A DNA stretch of 46,671 nt, taken from assembly GCA_018715985.1 (NCBI GenBank), contig DVKO01000114.1, positions 1-46,671 of the forward strand, written 5' to 3'. Below, in pieces: positions 1-7,714 of this stretch. Below the pieces are notes generated by a model that saw nothing but the letters and a program-made list of their open reading frames with translations, searched no databases and was not told the origin of the DNA. The first letter of the stretch is position 1; each line of letters starts with the position of its first letter. A program made the position numbers and the translations under genes. The DNA comes from Candidatus Enterenecus avicola. GTDB taxonomy: Bacteria; Bacillota; Clostridia; Oscillospirales; Oscillospiraceae.

Positions 1-47
1 CCGCAGGGCGGCAATCGCTCCCTGCGGTGGGGACAGACCAAAACTCC

Positions 48-76
48 CGCGCCTCTGTCTCAGGGGCGCGTTTTTT
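48..76 (+). terminator. Intrinsic terminator of an upstream unit outside the window
   Basis: Stem CGCGCCTCTG/CAGGGGCGCG followed by TTTTTT. Confidence 0.7.
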
Positions 77-86
77 GATGCCCGCT

Positions 87-116
87 GTATCCTTTTTCCC
101 TTTACCGGCTATACTA
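87..116 (+). promoter_or_regulatory. Putative forespore sigma-F/sigma-G-type promoter
   Basis: GTATC-N15-GGCTATACTA resembles the B. subtilis sigF consensus GYATA-N15-GGnnAnAnTR; lies 32 nt before the ATG at 149. Confidence 0.45.
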
Positions 117-148
117 GCTATGCAGGCCAACCGGCGGGAGGTGATACG

Positions 149-301
149 ATGGCGTATATAGATCCGGCGATCCGGCCCCAGTTTGATTCCATGCCGCCCC
201 ACCTGCGGGAGCATATTCTCAATATGGGCGTCCGTCTGGAAACCATGGCCGATCTGATGGGCTGCCTGGAGCGCATCATCGCGGAAGAGGGCAAGAAATA
301 A
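149..301 (+). CDS. Small hypothetical protein, 50 aa (MAYIDPAIRPQFDSMPPHLREHILNMGVRLETMADLMGCLERIIAEEGKK), below the ORF-track cutoff
   Basis: Read by hand: GGGAGGTG RBS, ATG 149, TAA 299-301, GC3-rich codons. Confidence 0.75.
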   Translation: MAYIDPAIRPQFDSMPPHLREHILNMGVRLETMADLMGCLERIIAEEGKK

Positions 302-339
302 GTCCTCTGAAATTTTTTGAAAAAATTTTAAAAAAACTC

Positions 340-368
340 TTGCATTCTGTCTGAAGCTGTGCTAATAT
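340..368 (+). promoter_or_regulatory. Sigma-A promoter of the tRNA
   Basis: TTGCAT-N17-TAATAT with extended -10 TG and an upstream A/T-rich UP element. Confidence 0.65.
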
Positions 369-408
369 AACTAAGCTGTCAGCGAGAGATAAACGCTTAA
401 GCTGATAT

Positions 409-485
409 GCGGCTGTAGCTCAGTTGGATAGAGTGTTTGGCTACGAACCAAAAGGTCGGGGGTTCGAATCCCTTCAGCCGTACCA
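409..485 (+). tRNA. tRNA-Arg (anticodon ACG)
   Basis: Cloverleaf: acceptor GCGGCTG/CAGCCGT, D-arm, anticodon stem TTTGG-CTACGAA-CCAAA, GGTTCGAATCC T-loop, encoded CCA. Confidence 0.97.
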
Positions 486-522
486 AAAAGAAAGACACGC
501 TGGAAAGCGTGTCTTTCTTTTT
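485..522 (+). terminator. Intrinsic (bidirectional) terminator after the tRNA
   Basis: AAAAAGAAAGACACGCT-GGAA-AGCGTGTCTTTCTTTTT. Confidence 0.85.
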
Positions 523-549
523 GGTTGCCATGAGTCATTTCTATGCTCG

Positions 550-822
550 GAGAAGAACCACATGGTGATGATGCCCAAGACCCGCTGCCTGGAAATCACC
601 CCCAACAGCGTAAAGGTGGAGAACGCCGACGGCGTGCAAACCCTGGAGGCCGATACCGTCATCTACGCTCTGGGTATGCGCAGCGTGGACATCTCCGCTT
701 TGAAGGAGGCCGCTGAGACTAAGGGCCTGAAGACCTGGGTCATCGGCGACGCCATCGCTCCCGGAAAAGTAGATCAGGCCACCCGTTCTGGCTATCTGGC
801 CGGCATCGAGGTAGGCAAGTAA
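550..822 (+). pseudogene. 3' fragment of an FAD-dependent oxidoreductase (NADH:flavin oxidoreductase / 2,4-dienoyl-CoA reductase-like C-terminus)
   Basis: Contains LEADTVIYALG and WVIGDA..PGKV..A..SG motifs typical of the C-terminal FAD/NAD domain; about 90 aa only, no RBS, N-terminal domains missing. Confidence 0.65.
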
Positions 823-837
823 TCTCTCACACCTCTC

Positions 838-881
838 ATACTGCACATATTTCCCCCCGGGGAGATATGTGCAGTATTTTC
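838..881 (+). terminator. Intrinsic terminator
   Basis: ATACTGCACATATTTCCCC/GGGGAGATATGTGCAGTAT followed by a T run. Confidence 0.75.
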
Positions 882-986
882 ATCTTTTGCTTCCATTATT
901 TTACTCCCTTCCGCTGACCTACGGGCTTCTCCCATTAGATTTTGTATAATACCCTGTCGAATCCAATATTTTTGTGCAATTAAGAA

Positions 987-1015
987 TTGCGCAATAGATG
1001 GTTTTCGGGTATAAT
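987..1015 (+). promoter_or_regulatory. Sigma-A promoter of the pyr operon
   Basis: TTGCGC-N17-TATAAT. Confidence 0.6.
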
Positions 1016-1062
1016 GTAACGAATGTATTCCAATGACTTGTAACATTTTAGGAGTGATGAAC

Positions 1063-2343
1063 TTGAAATTACTGGTGAAAGGTGGACACGTGGTGGACCC
1101 CTCCTCTGGCCTGGATCAAGTCTGCGATGTTCTCGTGGACCATGGCCGCATTGTGGCAGTAGGAGAGTCCCTCCCCGCACCAGAAGATAACGGCTCGGTG
1201 CTGGATGCCAGCGGTCTGGTGGTGGCTCCCGGTCTGGTGGATCTCCACGTCCATTTGAGAGAGCCGGGTTTTGAGGATAAGGAGACCATCGCCACCGGAT
1301 GCGCTGCCGCCGCCCGGGGCGGCGTGACCACTCTGGTGGCCATGCCCAACACCCGTCCTGCCACCGACTGTCCGGAGATGGTGGCCCGTGTCAAAGAGAA
1401 AGCGGCCCATACCGGCATCAACGTCTATCCAGCCGGCGCCGTGACCCAGGGACAGAAGGGGGAAGCCCTCACCGATTTTCAGGCGCTGTGGAAGGCCGGA
1501 GTCCCCGCCCTCACCGACGACGGGGTGCCCATTCAGAACTTGGCCCTGCTGCGCCAGGCCATGCAGCAGGCCCGCACGCTGGGGCTTCCCATTCTGGATC
1601 ACTGTGAGGATCGGGACATGGTGCGCAATTATGCCGTCAATGAGGGCATGGTTTCCCAGCAGCTGGGCCTCCCCGGCCGCCCTGCCATCGCCGAAGAGCT
1701 GCAGGTGATGCGGGATGTGATGCTCTCCAAAGATACAGGGGCTCGGGTACACATCTGCCACATCTCCACCGCCGGTACTGTGGACATCATCCGCCGGGCC
1801 AAGGCGCAGGGGATCGCTGTGACCTGTGAGACCTGTCCCCAATATTTCACCCTGACCGAGGAGGAGATTCTGCGCCAGGGCACTATGGCTCGGGTGAATC
1901 CCCCCCTGCGCACCGAGGCGGACCGAGCCGCCATTTTAGAGGGGCTGAAGGACGGCACCATTGATGCCATTGTCACCGACCACGCCCCCCACTGTGCCTG
2001 GGAAAAGGCCCAGCCGCTGGAAAAGGCGCCCAGCGGCATGGTGGGGCTGGAGACCTCTCTGGGCCTGGCCCTGACCTACCTCTACCACGCCGGACACATG
2101 AGCCTGATGGAGGTCATCCGGCGTATGAGCACCGCCCCCGCCGCCCTGCTGCGCCTGCCCAAAGGCACCCTTCAGGTGGGACAGCACGCAGACCTGGTGC
2201 TCTTCGATCCCAACCAGACCTGGACGGTGGACAAGGAGGCCTTTGCCTCCAAGGGGCGCAACACCCCCTTCCACGGGTTCCAGCTCAAAGGCAAAGTGAA
2301 ATACACCATTTCCATGGGTCAGATCATTTATCAGGAGGATTGA
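1063..2343 (+). CDS. pyrC: Dihydroorotase
   Basis: DLHVHLREPG, AAARGG..MPNT, VNPPLR and TDHAPH motifs; TTG start 8 nt after AGGAG (ATG 1057 is an alternative). Confidence 0.95.
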   Translation: MKLLVKGGHVVDPSSGLDQVCDVLVDHGRIVAVGESLPAPEDNGSVLDASGLVVAPGLVDLHVHLREPGFEDKETIATGCAAAARGGVTTLVAMPNTRPATDCPEMVARVKEKAAHTGINVYPAGAVTQGQKGEALTDFQALWKAGVPALTDDGVPIQNLALLRQAMQQARTLGLPILDHCEDRDMVRNYAVNEGMVSQQLGLPGRPAIAEELQVMRDVMLSKDTGARVHICHISTAGTVDIIRRAKAQGIAVTCETCPQYFTLTEEEILRQGTMARVNPPLRTEADRAAILEGLKDGTIDAIVTDHAPHCAWEKAQPLEKAPSGMVGLETSLGLALTYLYHAGHMSLMEVIRRMSTAPAALLRLPKGTLQVGQHADLVLFDPNQTWTVDKEAFASKGRNTPFHGFQLKGKVKYTISMGQIIYQED

Positions 2344-2346
2344 GCG

Positions 2347-3270
2347 ATGTCATTTGATGTTTTACAGGAGAAGATCAGAGAAAAAGCAAACCCCACTGTG
2401 GCCGGTCTGGATGCCCGGGTGGAATATGTTCCCCCCCACATTCTGAAAAAGCACACCGACCGCCTGGGCGAAACCCTGGAGGCCGCTGCTGAGGCCATCT
2501 GTGAGTTTGACTGCGGCCTCATCGACGCTCTGTACGACGTTGTCCCCGCCGTGAAGCCCCAGGCCGCCTACTTTGAAATGTTGGGCTGGCGGGGCATGAA
2601 GGTGATGGAGGATGTCATGGCCTATGCCAAGAACAAGGGGCTGTACGTCATCGCCGACATCAAACGGGGCGACATCGGCACCACCGCCACCGCCTACGCC
2701 GAGGGCTGGTTGGGCGCCACCCAGGTGGGCAGCGCTTCCCTGTCCGCCTTTGACGCCGACTGCGTGACCCTCAACGGTTACATGGGCTCTGACGCCATCA
2801 ACCCCTTCCTGAACGAGTGTGTGGCCCGGGGAAAGTCCGCCTTTGTCCTGGCCAAGACCTCCAACCCCTCCTCTGCTGAGCTCCAGGACATGGTGGCAGG
2901 GGATCGCAGCGTGTATACTGTCATGGGCGACCTCATCGAACAGTGGGGCAAAGGCACCGAGGGCGCCTGCGGCTATCAGGCCCTGGGCGCCGTGGTGGGC
3001 GCCACCCACCCCTCTGTGCTCCGTGAGCTCCGTCTCCGCCTGCCCAAGACCTTCTTCCTGGTTCCCGGCTACGGCGCCCAGGGCGGCACCGCCGAGGATG
3101 TGCGCAATGCCTTTGATGAGCTGGGCCGCGGCGCCATCATCAACGCCTCCCGCTCTATCATGTGCGCCTGGAAAAAGACCGGCAAAGACGGCGCAGACTA
3201 CCAGGAAGCTGCCCGGGCGGCCGCGGAAAAGATGCGGGATGAGCTGAAGGAATTCATCACCGTGCGCTAA
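2347..3270 (+). CDS. pyrF: Orotidine-5'-phosphate decarboxylase
   Basis: GLD, KPQ.AYFE, DIKRGDIGTT, VVGAT and LVPGYGAQGG motifs. Confidence 0.95.
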   Translation: MSFDVLQEKIREKANPTVAGLDARVEYVPPHILKKHTDRLGETLEAAAEAICEFDCGLIDALYDVVPAVKPQAAYFEMLGWRGMKVMEDVMAYAKNKGLYVIADIKRGDIGTTATAYAEGWLGATQVGSASLSAFDADCVTLNGYMGSDAINPFLNECVARGKSAFVLAKTSNPSSAELQDMVAGDRSVYTVMGDLIEQWGKGTEGACGYQALGAVVGATHPSVLRELRLRLPKTFFLVPGYGAQGGTAEDVRNAFDELGRGAIINASRSIMCAWKKTGKDGADYQEAARAAAEKMRDELKEFITVR

Positions 3271-3292
3271 ACTGAGAGAGAGGGAGAACACT

Positions 3293-4063
3293 ATGACTGT
3301 TGAACAAAGCTGCACCATCGTGGAAGCTGTCCAGCTCCCCTCCGGTGGCGTGTCCATGACCTTCCAGAGCCATGGGATGGCCGCCCAGATCACCCGCCCC
3401 GGCCAGTTTGTCCATGTACGCTGCGGCGAGGGATTGCTGCTGCGCCGTCCCATCTCCATTTGCAGCTGGTCTGTGGACGGAGATCTGATTCGTATGGTCT
3501 TTGAGGTCCGCGGCGAAGGGACCCGCTGGCTGGCCCAGCGCCAGGTGGGCGAGAACCTGGATGTTCTGGGCCCTCTGGGCCACGGCTTCCAAATGGAACC
3601 CCAGGGCCGCTACCTGTTGGTGGGCGGCGGCATCGGTGTACCTCCCATGCTGGGCTGCGCCAAGCACGCCGGCATGCACAACACCGCTGTTTTGGGCTTC
3701 CGTTCCGCTTCCAATTCCATGCTGGTGGAGGAGTTTGCCGCCTGCTGTGAGTCTGTGCGGGTGGCCACCGACGATGGCAGCATGGGCCACCACGGTTTTG
3801 TGGACGCCCTGGTGCGGGAGGAACTGGAGCGCAGCTCCGACTATACCGCCGTTCTGGCCTGCGGCCCCAAACCCATGCTCCGCTCGGTGGCCAAGGTGGC
3901 CGAGGCCTTTGGCGTCCCCTGCCAGGTCTCCATGGAGGAGCGTATGGGCTGCGGCGTAGGCGCCTGCCTGGTGTGTGCCTGTAAGGGCTCTGACGGACAC
4001 CAGAAGCACGTATGTAAAGACGGCCCCGTATTTGATGCCAAGGAGGTGGCCTGGGATGACTGA
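3293..4063 (+). CDS. pyrK: Dihydroorotate dehydrogenase electron transfer subunit
   Basis: PGQF, RRPIS, GGGIG, CGP.PM and the 2Fe-2S motif MGCGVGACLVC...C.DGPVF. Confidence 0.93.
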   Translation: MTVEQSCTIVEAVQLPSGGVSMTFQSHGMAAQITRPGQFVHVRCGEGLLLRRPISICSWSVDGDLIRMVFEVRGEGTRWLAQRQVGENLDVLGPLGHGFQMEPQGRYLLVGGGIGVPPMLGCAKHAGMHNTAVLGFRSASNSMLVEEFAACCESVRVATDDGSMGHHGFVDALVREELERSSDYTAVLACGPKPMLRSVAKVAEAFGVPCQVSMEERMGCGVGACLVCACKGSDGHQKHVCKDGPVFDAKEVAWDD

Positions 4064-4973
4064 GCCCTGTATGAAGGTAAATCTGGCTGGAGTCGAGCTG
4101 AAAAATCCAGTGGTAGTGGCCTCCGGTACCTTTGGGTTTGGCCGGGAGTACGGCCAGTTCTATGATCTCTCTCGGCTGGGCGGCATCTGTGTCAAGGGTC
4201 TGACCGCACAACGACGGGAGGGCAATCCCGCCCCCCGCATTGCGGAGACCCCCATGGGCATTCTCAACTCCGTGGGCCTGCAAAACCCCGGCGTGGACGC
4301 TTTTATCGCCGAAGAGCTTCCTTTCCTGCGTCAGTATGACGTGAAGGTCATCGCAAACATCTCCGGCAACACCCCCGAAGAATACGGCGAAATGTGCGAA
4401 AAGCTCTCCGAGGCCGGGGTGGACATGATCGAGGTCAACATCTCCTGCCCCAACGTCAAGGCCGGCGGCCTGGCCTACGGCACCAAGCCGGAGCTGGCCG
4501 CTGAAGTGACTCATATGGCCAAGTCCCACGCCACCGTCCCCGTGATGGTCAAGCTCTCCCCCAACGTCACTGACATTACCGAGATTGCCCGGGCAGTGGC
4601 CGATGCCGGGGCCGACGCCCTCTCCCTCATCAACACGCTGCGGGGAATGCGTATTGACATCAACACCCGCCGCCCCATTCTGAAAATGAACACCGGCGGG
4701 CTCTCCGGCCCCGCCGTCCTTCCCGTGGCCGTGCGCATGGTCTGGGAGGTCTCCCAGGCCGTCAATCTGCCCATCCTTGGCATGGGCGGTGTGTCCACCG
4801 CCGCTGACGCCGCCCAGTTGATGCTGGCCGGAGCCAACGCCGTTGCCGTAGGCACCGCCTGTTTTGCAGACCCCTACGCCCCTGTAAAGGTGTGCGACGG
4901 ACTTCGGGAGCTGGCCTGTACGCAGGGCCTGGACTCCATCGCCCAGCTCACCGGCGGCGTACGCCCCTGGTAA
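4056..4973 (+). CDS. pyrD: Dihydroorotate dehydrogenase (class 1B)
   Basis: ASGTFGFG, NSVGLQNPG, NISCPN, KLSPN and GGLSG motifs; AAGGAGG RBS; overlaps the pyrK end. Confidence 0.95.
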   Translation: MTEPCMKVNLAGVELKNPVVVASGTFGFGREYGQFYDLSRLGGICVKGLTAQRREGNPAPRIAETPMGILNSVGLQNPGVDAFIAEELPFLRQYDVKVIANISGNTPEEYGEMCEKLSEAGVDMIEVNISCPNVKAGGLAYGTKPELAAEVTHMAKSHATVPVMVKLSPNVTDITEIARAVADAGADALSLINTLRGMRIDINTRRPILKMNTGGLSGPAVLPVAVRMVWEVSQAVNLPILGMGGVSTAADAAQLMLAGANAVAVGTACFADPYAPVKVCDGLRELACTQGLDSIAQLTGGVRPW

Positions 4974-5001
4974 TTGTCCCACGAAAGAAGAGAACAACGA
5001 C

Positions 5002-6147
5002 ATGACCACAATCTATCTCATTCGGCACGCCCAGGCTGAGGGCAATCTGTATCGACGCTGTCACGGCTGGTATGACAGTATGCTCACCGCTCTGGGCCGC
5101 CGACAGGTGCAGGCTCTGGCCGCCCGTTTTGAAGGGGTCCACATCGACGCCGCCTATTCCAGCGACCTCACCCGCACCATGGAGACAGCCAAGTCCGTCT
5201 GTCTCTCCCGTGGGCTGTCCCTGTGCCTGGACCCAGATCTGCGTGAAATTGGTGCCGGATGCTGGGAAGACCGCAGCTGGGGCGACCTGCTCCACGCCGA
5301 CCCGGACAATCTTCGGAAATTTTTTCTCTGTGATCCCCAGTGGCACGTGGACGGAAGTGAGACCTTCCCCGGCGTGCGGGAGCGGATGATGTGCGCCATC
5401 ACCAGCATTGCCGCCTCTCACCCCGATCAGACGGTGGCCATCTTCTCCCACGGCAGCGCCATCCGCGCCGCCCTCTCCGGTTGGCTGGGTATCCCCCTGG
5501 AGGAGATTGGGAACATGGCTTTGGGTGACAACACCTGTGTGGCCAAGCTGGAGGTCCAAGGCGACCAGGTTCAGGTGGACTACTACAACGACAACGGCCA
5601 TCTGGGCGATCTGGCCAACCGCATCCATCCCAAAGACAACTCCGGCGGTGATATGCTGGAGAACCTGAAGCACACATCCCTGCGTTTTCGCCCCCTTCGG
5701 CTGCCACAGGAAATCGAGTTCTATCAACAGGCACGGCAGGAGGCCTGGCTTACCAGCCATGGAACCATGGACTGCTTCACCCCCGACTCCTTTTTGGCGG
5801 TGATGCTCCGCAATTCCGACTACGCCCCTGAGAGCGTGCTGGTGGCCCTGCTGGAGGATCGTCCCGCTGGTATCCTTCAGATGGATTGGCAGCAGCAGGC
5901 CGACGAAGGGGTTGGCCGTATTCCCTTCTTCTGTGTGCTCCCCCCCTACCGTTCCCACGGGCTGGGGATTCAGATGCTGGGGCAAGCCATCTCCTCCTAC
6001 CGGAAGCTGGGCCGCAAGCGGCTCCTGTTACGCTGCGCTCCCGAAAATGAGCGGGCTAAAAACTTTTATCTCCGCCATGAATTTCACAAGATCGGTGAGG
6101 AACCCGGAGGTACCGGCGTTCTGGACACCATGGAAAAGTACATCTGA
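5002..6147 (+). CDS. Histidine phosphatase family / GNAT acetyltransferase fusion
   Basis: N-terminal LIRHA.AEGN, YSSDL.R, LRE and SHG motifs; C-terminal R.HGLG and N..A..FY...F GNAT motifs. Confidence 0.85.
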   Translation: MTTIYLIRHAQAEGNLYRRCHGWYDSMLTALGRRQVQALAARFEGVHIDAAYSSDLTRTMETAKSVCLSRGLSLCLDPDLREIGAGCWEDRSWGDLLHADPDNLRKFFLCDPQWHVDGSETFPGVRERMMCAITSIAASHPDQTVAIFSHGSAIRAALSGWLGIPLEEIGNMALGDNTCVAKLEVQGDQVQVDYYNDNGHLGDLANRIHPKDNSGGDMLENLKHTSLRFRPLRLPQEIEFYQQARQEAWLTSHGTMDCFTPDSFLAVMLRNSDYAPESVLVALLEDRPAGILQMDWQQQADEGVGRIPFFCVLPPYRSHGLGIQMLGQAISSYRKLGRKRLLLRCAPENERAKNFYLRHEFHKIGEEPGGTGVLDTMEKYI

Positions 6148-6156
6148 GACATGATT

Positions 6157-6197
6157 GGGCAGCTGCCAAGGCAAACACACCTTGGCAGCTGCTCTTT
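6157..6197. terminator. Terminator between convergent genes
   Basis: GGGCAGCTGCCAAGG/CCTTGGCAGCTGCTC stem. Confidence 0.7.
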
Positions 6198-6199
6198 GA

Positions 6200-6580
6200 T
6201 TATTTGGTTGACTCCGAGGCCTTGTCTTTCATGCGGGTCATCTCGTCCTGCACTTGATCGCCCGCATTTTCGATGCCGCGTTTTACGTCATCAATGCCAC
6301 GCTCCACGTCGTCCTCCACCCGGTCCACGCCGTTCTCCACGTCCTGTTTGACGTCGTCCATGTCATCCTTTCCCTGCTCGTCCGGACCAGGGGTTGAATC
6401 CGGCTTTCCATCGTTGTTCTTGTCATTGGTCCCCCCGGCGCCACCTCCCTGGTCGGCGTCATTTTCCACCTGAACAGACGGACTTGGCTGAGGCGTCACC
6501 TCCGCCGGACGTTTGGCACAGCCGGCAAACATCAATACCGCCAAAACAGATAAAACTATGATTGACACTTTGCGTTTCAT
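6200..6580 (-). CDS. Hypothetical lipoprotein, acidic and low complexity
   Basis: AAGGAG/GAGG RBS; MKRK plus hydrophobic stretch plus lipobox FAG-C; C-terminal acidic 11-residue-like repeats. Confidence 0.75.
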   Translation of the reverse strand: MKRKVSIIVLSVLAVLMFAGCAKRPAEVTPQPSPSVQVENDADQGGGAGGTNDKNNDGKPDSTPGPDEQGKDDMDDVKQDVENGVDRVEDDVERGIDDVKRGIENAGDQVQDEMTRMKDKASESTK

Positions 6581-6649
6581 ATCCTCACACTCCTTCACGA
6601 GATAGTAGAAGTATGAGTCAAATTTGAAAAAACAATTAATAATTTTTTC

Positions 6650-6678
6650 TTGCCACCGGAACACCCGCGTAGTATGAT
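6650..6678 (+). promoter_or_regulatory. Sigma-A promoter of rubrerythrin
   Basis: TTGCCA-N17-TATGAT. Confidence 0.6.
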
Positions 6679-6722
6679 GTAGAAAAGCTCATGCTATGAG
6701 CATCACTAAAGGAGGTACTACC

Positions 6723-7256
6723 ATGGAACTCAAAGGAAGCAAGACCGAGGCCAATCTGTGGGCAGCATTTGCCGGCGAGAGCCAGGCTCGCAACAAGTAT
6801 ACCTACTTTGCCAGCAAGGCCAAAAAGGAGGGCTATGAGCAGATCGCCGCTCTGTTCGAGGAGACTGCCGGAAACGAAAAAGAGCACGCCAAGCTCTGGT
6901 TCAAGGAGCTGGGTGGCATTGGGAATACCCGCGAAAACCTGAAGGCAGCCGCGGAAGGCGAGAATTACGAGTGGGTGACCATGTATAAGGAGATGGCTGA
7001 GACCGCCCGAGAGGAGGGTTTTGATCGCATCGCTACCCTCTTTGAGGGGGTTGCCGTCATCGAAAAGCAGCATGAAGAGCGTTACCTGAAGCTGCTGGCC
7101 AACCTGGAAAATGATATGGTCTTCTCTGCCGGTGAGCAGACAGTCTGGATCTGCCGCAACTGCGGACACGTCCACGTGGGCAACGACGCCCCCAAGGTCT
7201 GCCCCGTGTGCGCCCATCCCCAGGCCTATTTTGAGCGCCGGGCCATCAACTATTGA
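6723..7256 (+). CDS. rbr: Rubrerythrin
   Basis: AFAGESQARNKY, EKEHA and E..HE diiron ligands; C-terminal CRNCG...CPVC rubredoxin-like site. Confidence 0.93.
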   Translation: MELKGSKTEANLWAAFAGESQARNKYTYFASKAKKEGYEQIAALFEETAGNEKEHAKLWFKELGGIGNTRENLKAAAEGENYEWVTMYKEMAETAREEGFDRIATLFEGVAVIEKQHEERYLKLLANLENDMVFSAGEQTVWICRNCGHVHVGNDAPKVCPVCAHPQAYFERRAINY

Positions 7257-7273
7257 TTCTACCCCGATATTTC

Positions 7274-7314
7274 AAAAATGCCCCGTGTCCACCCAGGACA
7301 CGGGGCATTTTTTT
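7274..7314. terminator. Bidirectional terminator
   Basis: AAAAATGCCCCGTGTCC/GGACACGGGGCATTTTT. Confidence 0.85.
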
Positions 7315-7318
7315 CAGA

Positions 7319-7687
7319 TCAGTTTTCCGGATGCTCCAGGTATTCCGTCACATCCACCTGGGTGGCGTCCGACCATAGCCGCTCCAGAGAGTAAAACTCC
7401 CTGGCCTCCTCGGTGAACACGTGAACCACAATGGCGGAGTAGTCCAACAGCGTCCACTGGCCACCCCGGTGGCCCTCCACGTGGTGGGGCTCCTCGCCGG
7501 CACGGGTCATGGCGTCCTCCACCGCGTCCGCCAGGGCCTTCACCTGCGTATTGGAGGTGCCGGTGCAGAGGACAAAGTAGTCCGCCAGGGTGGTCTGGTC
7601 GGCGGTGTAGAGTACCTTGATGTCCTTACCCTTCTTGGCGTCCAGAGCACGGATCGCCACAGCAATCATTTCCTTTGATGTCAACAA
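7319..7687 (-). CDS. rsfS: Ribosome silencing factor
   Basis: KKG.DI, DYFV.CTG.S..QV, W.LLDY..IVVHVF and REFY.LE.LW motifs. Confidence 0.93.
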   Translation of the reverse strand: MLTSKEMIAVAIRALDAKKGKDIKVLYTADQTTLADYFVLCTGTSNTQVKALADAVEDAMTRAGEEPHHVEGHRGGQWTLLDYSAIVVHVFTEEAREFYSLERLWSDATQVDVTEYLEHPEN

Positions 7688-7714
7688 TGTAGTTTCCCCT
7701 TTCGTGGTCACCCG

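Noticed and set aside
1-45. Hairpin ending in ...GACCA as the 3' end of an ncRNA
   Set aside because: Truncated by the window edge, with no diagnostic tRNA, tmRNA, SRP or RNase P motif.
424-549. 5' part of ORF 424..822
   Set aside because: It reads through the tRNA and its terminator; only the 3' part looks like protein.
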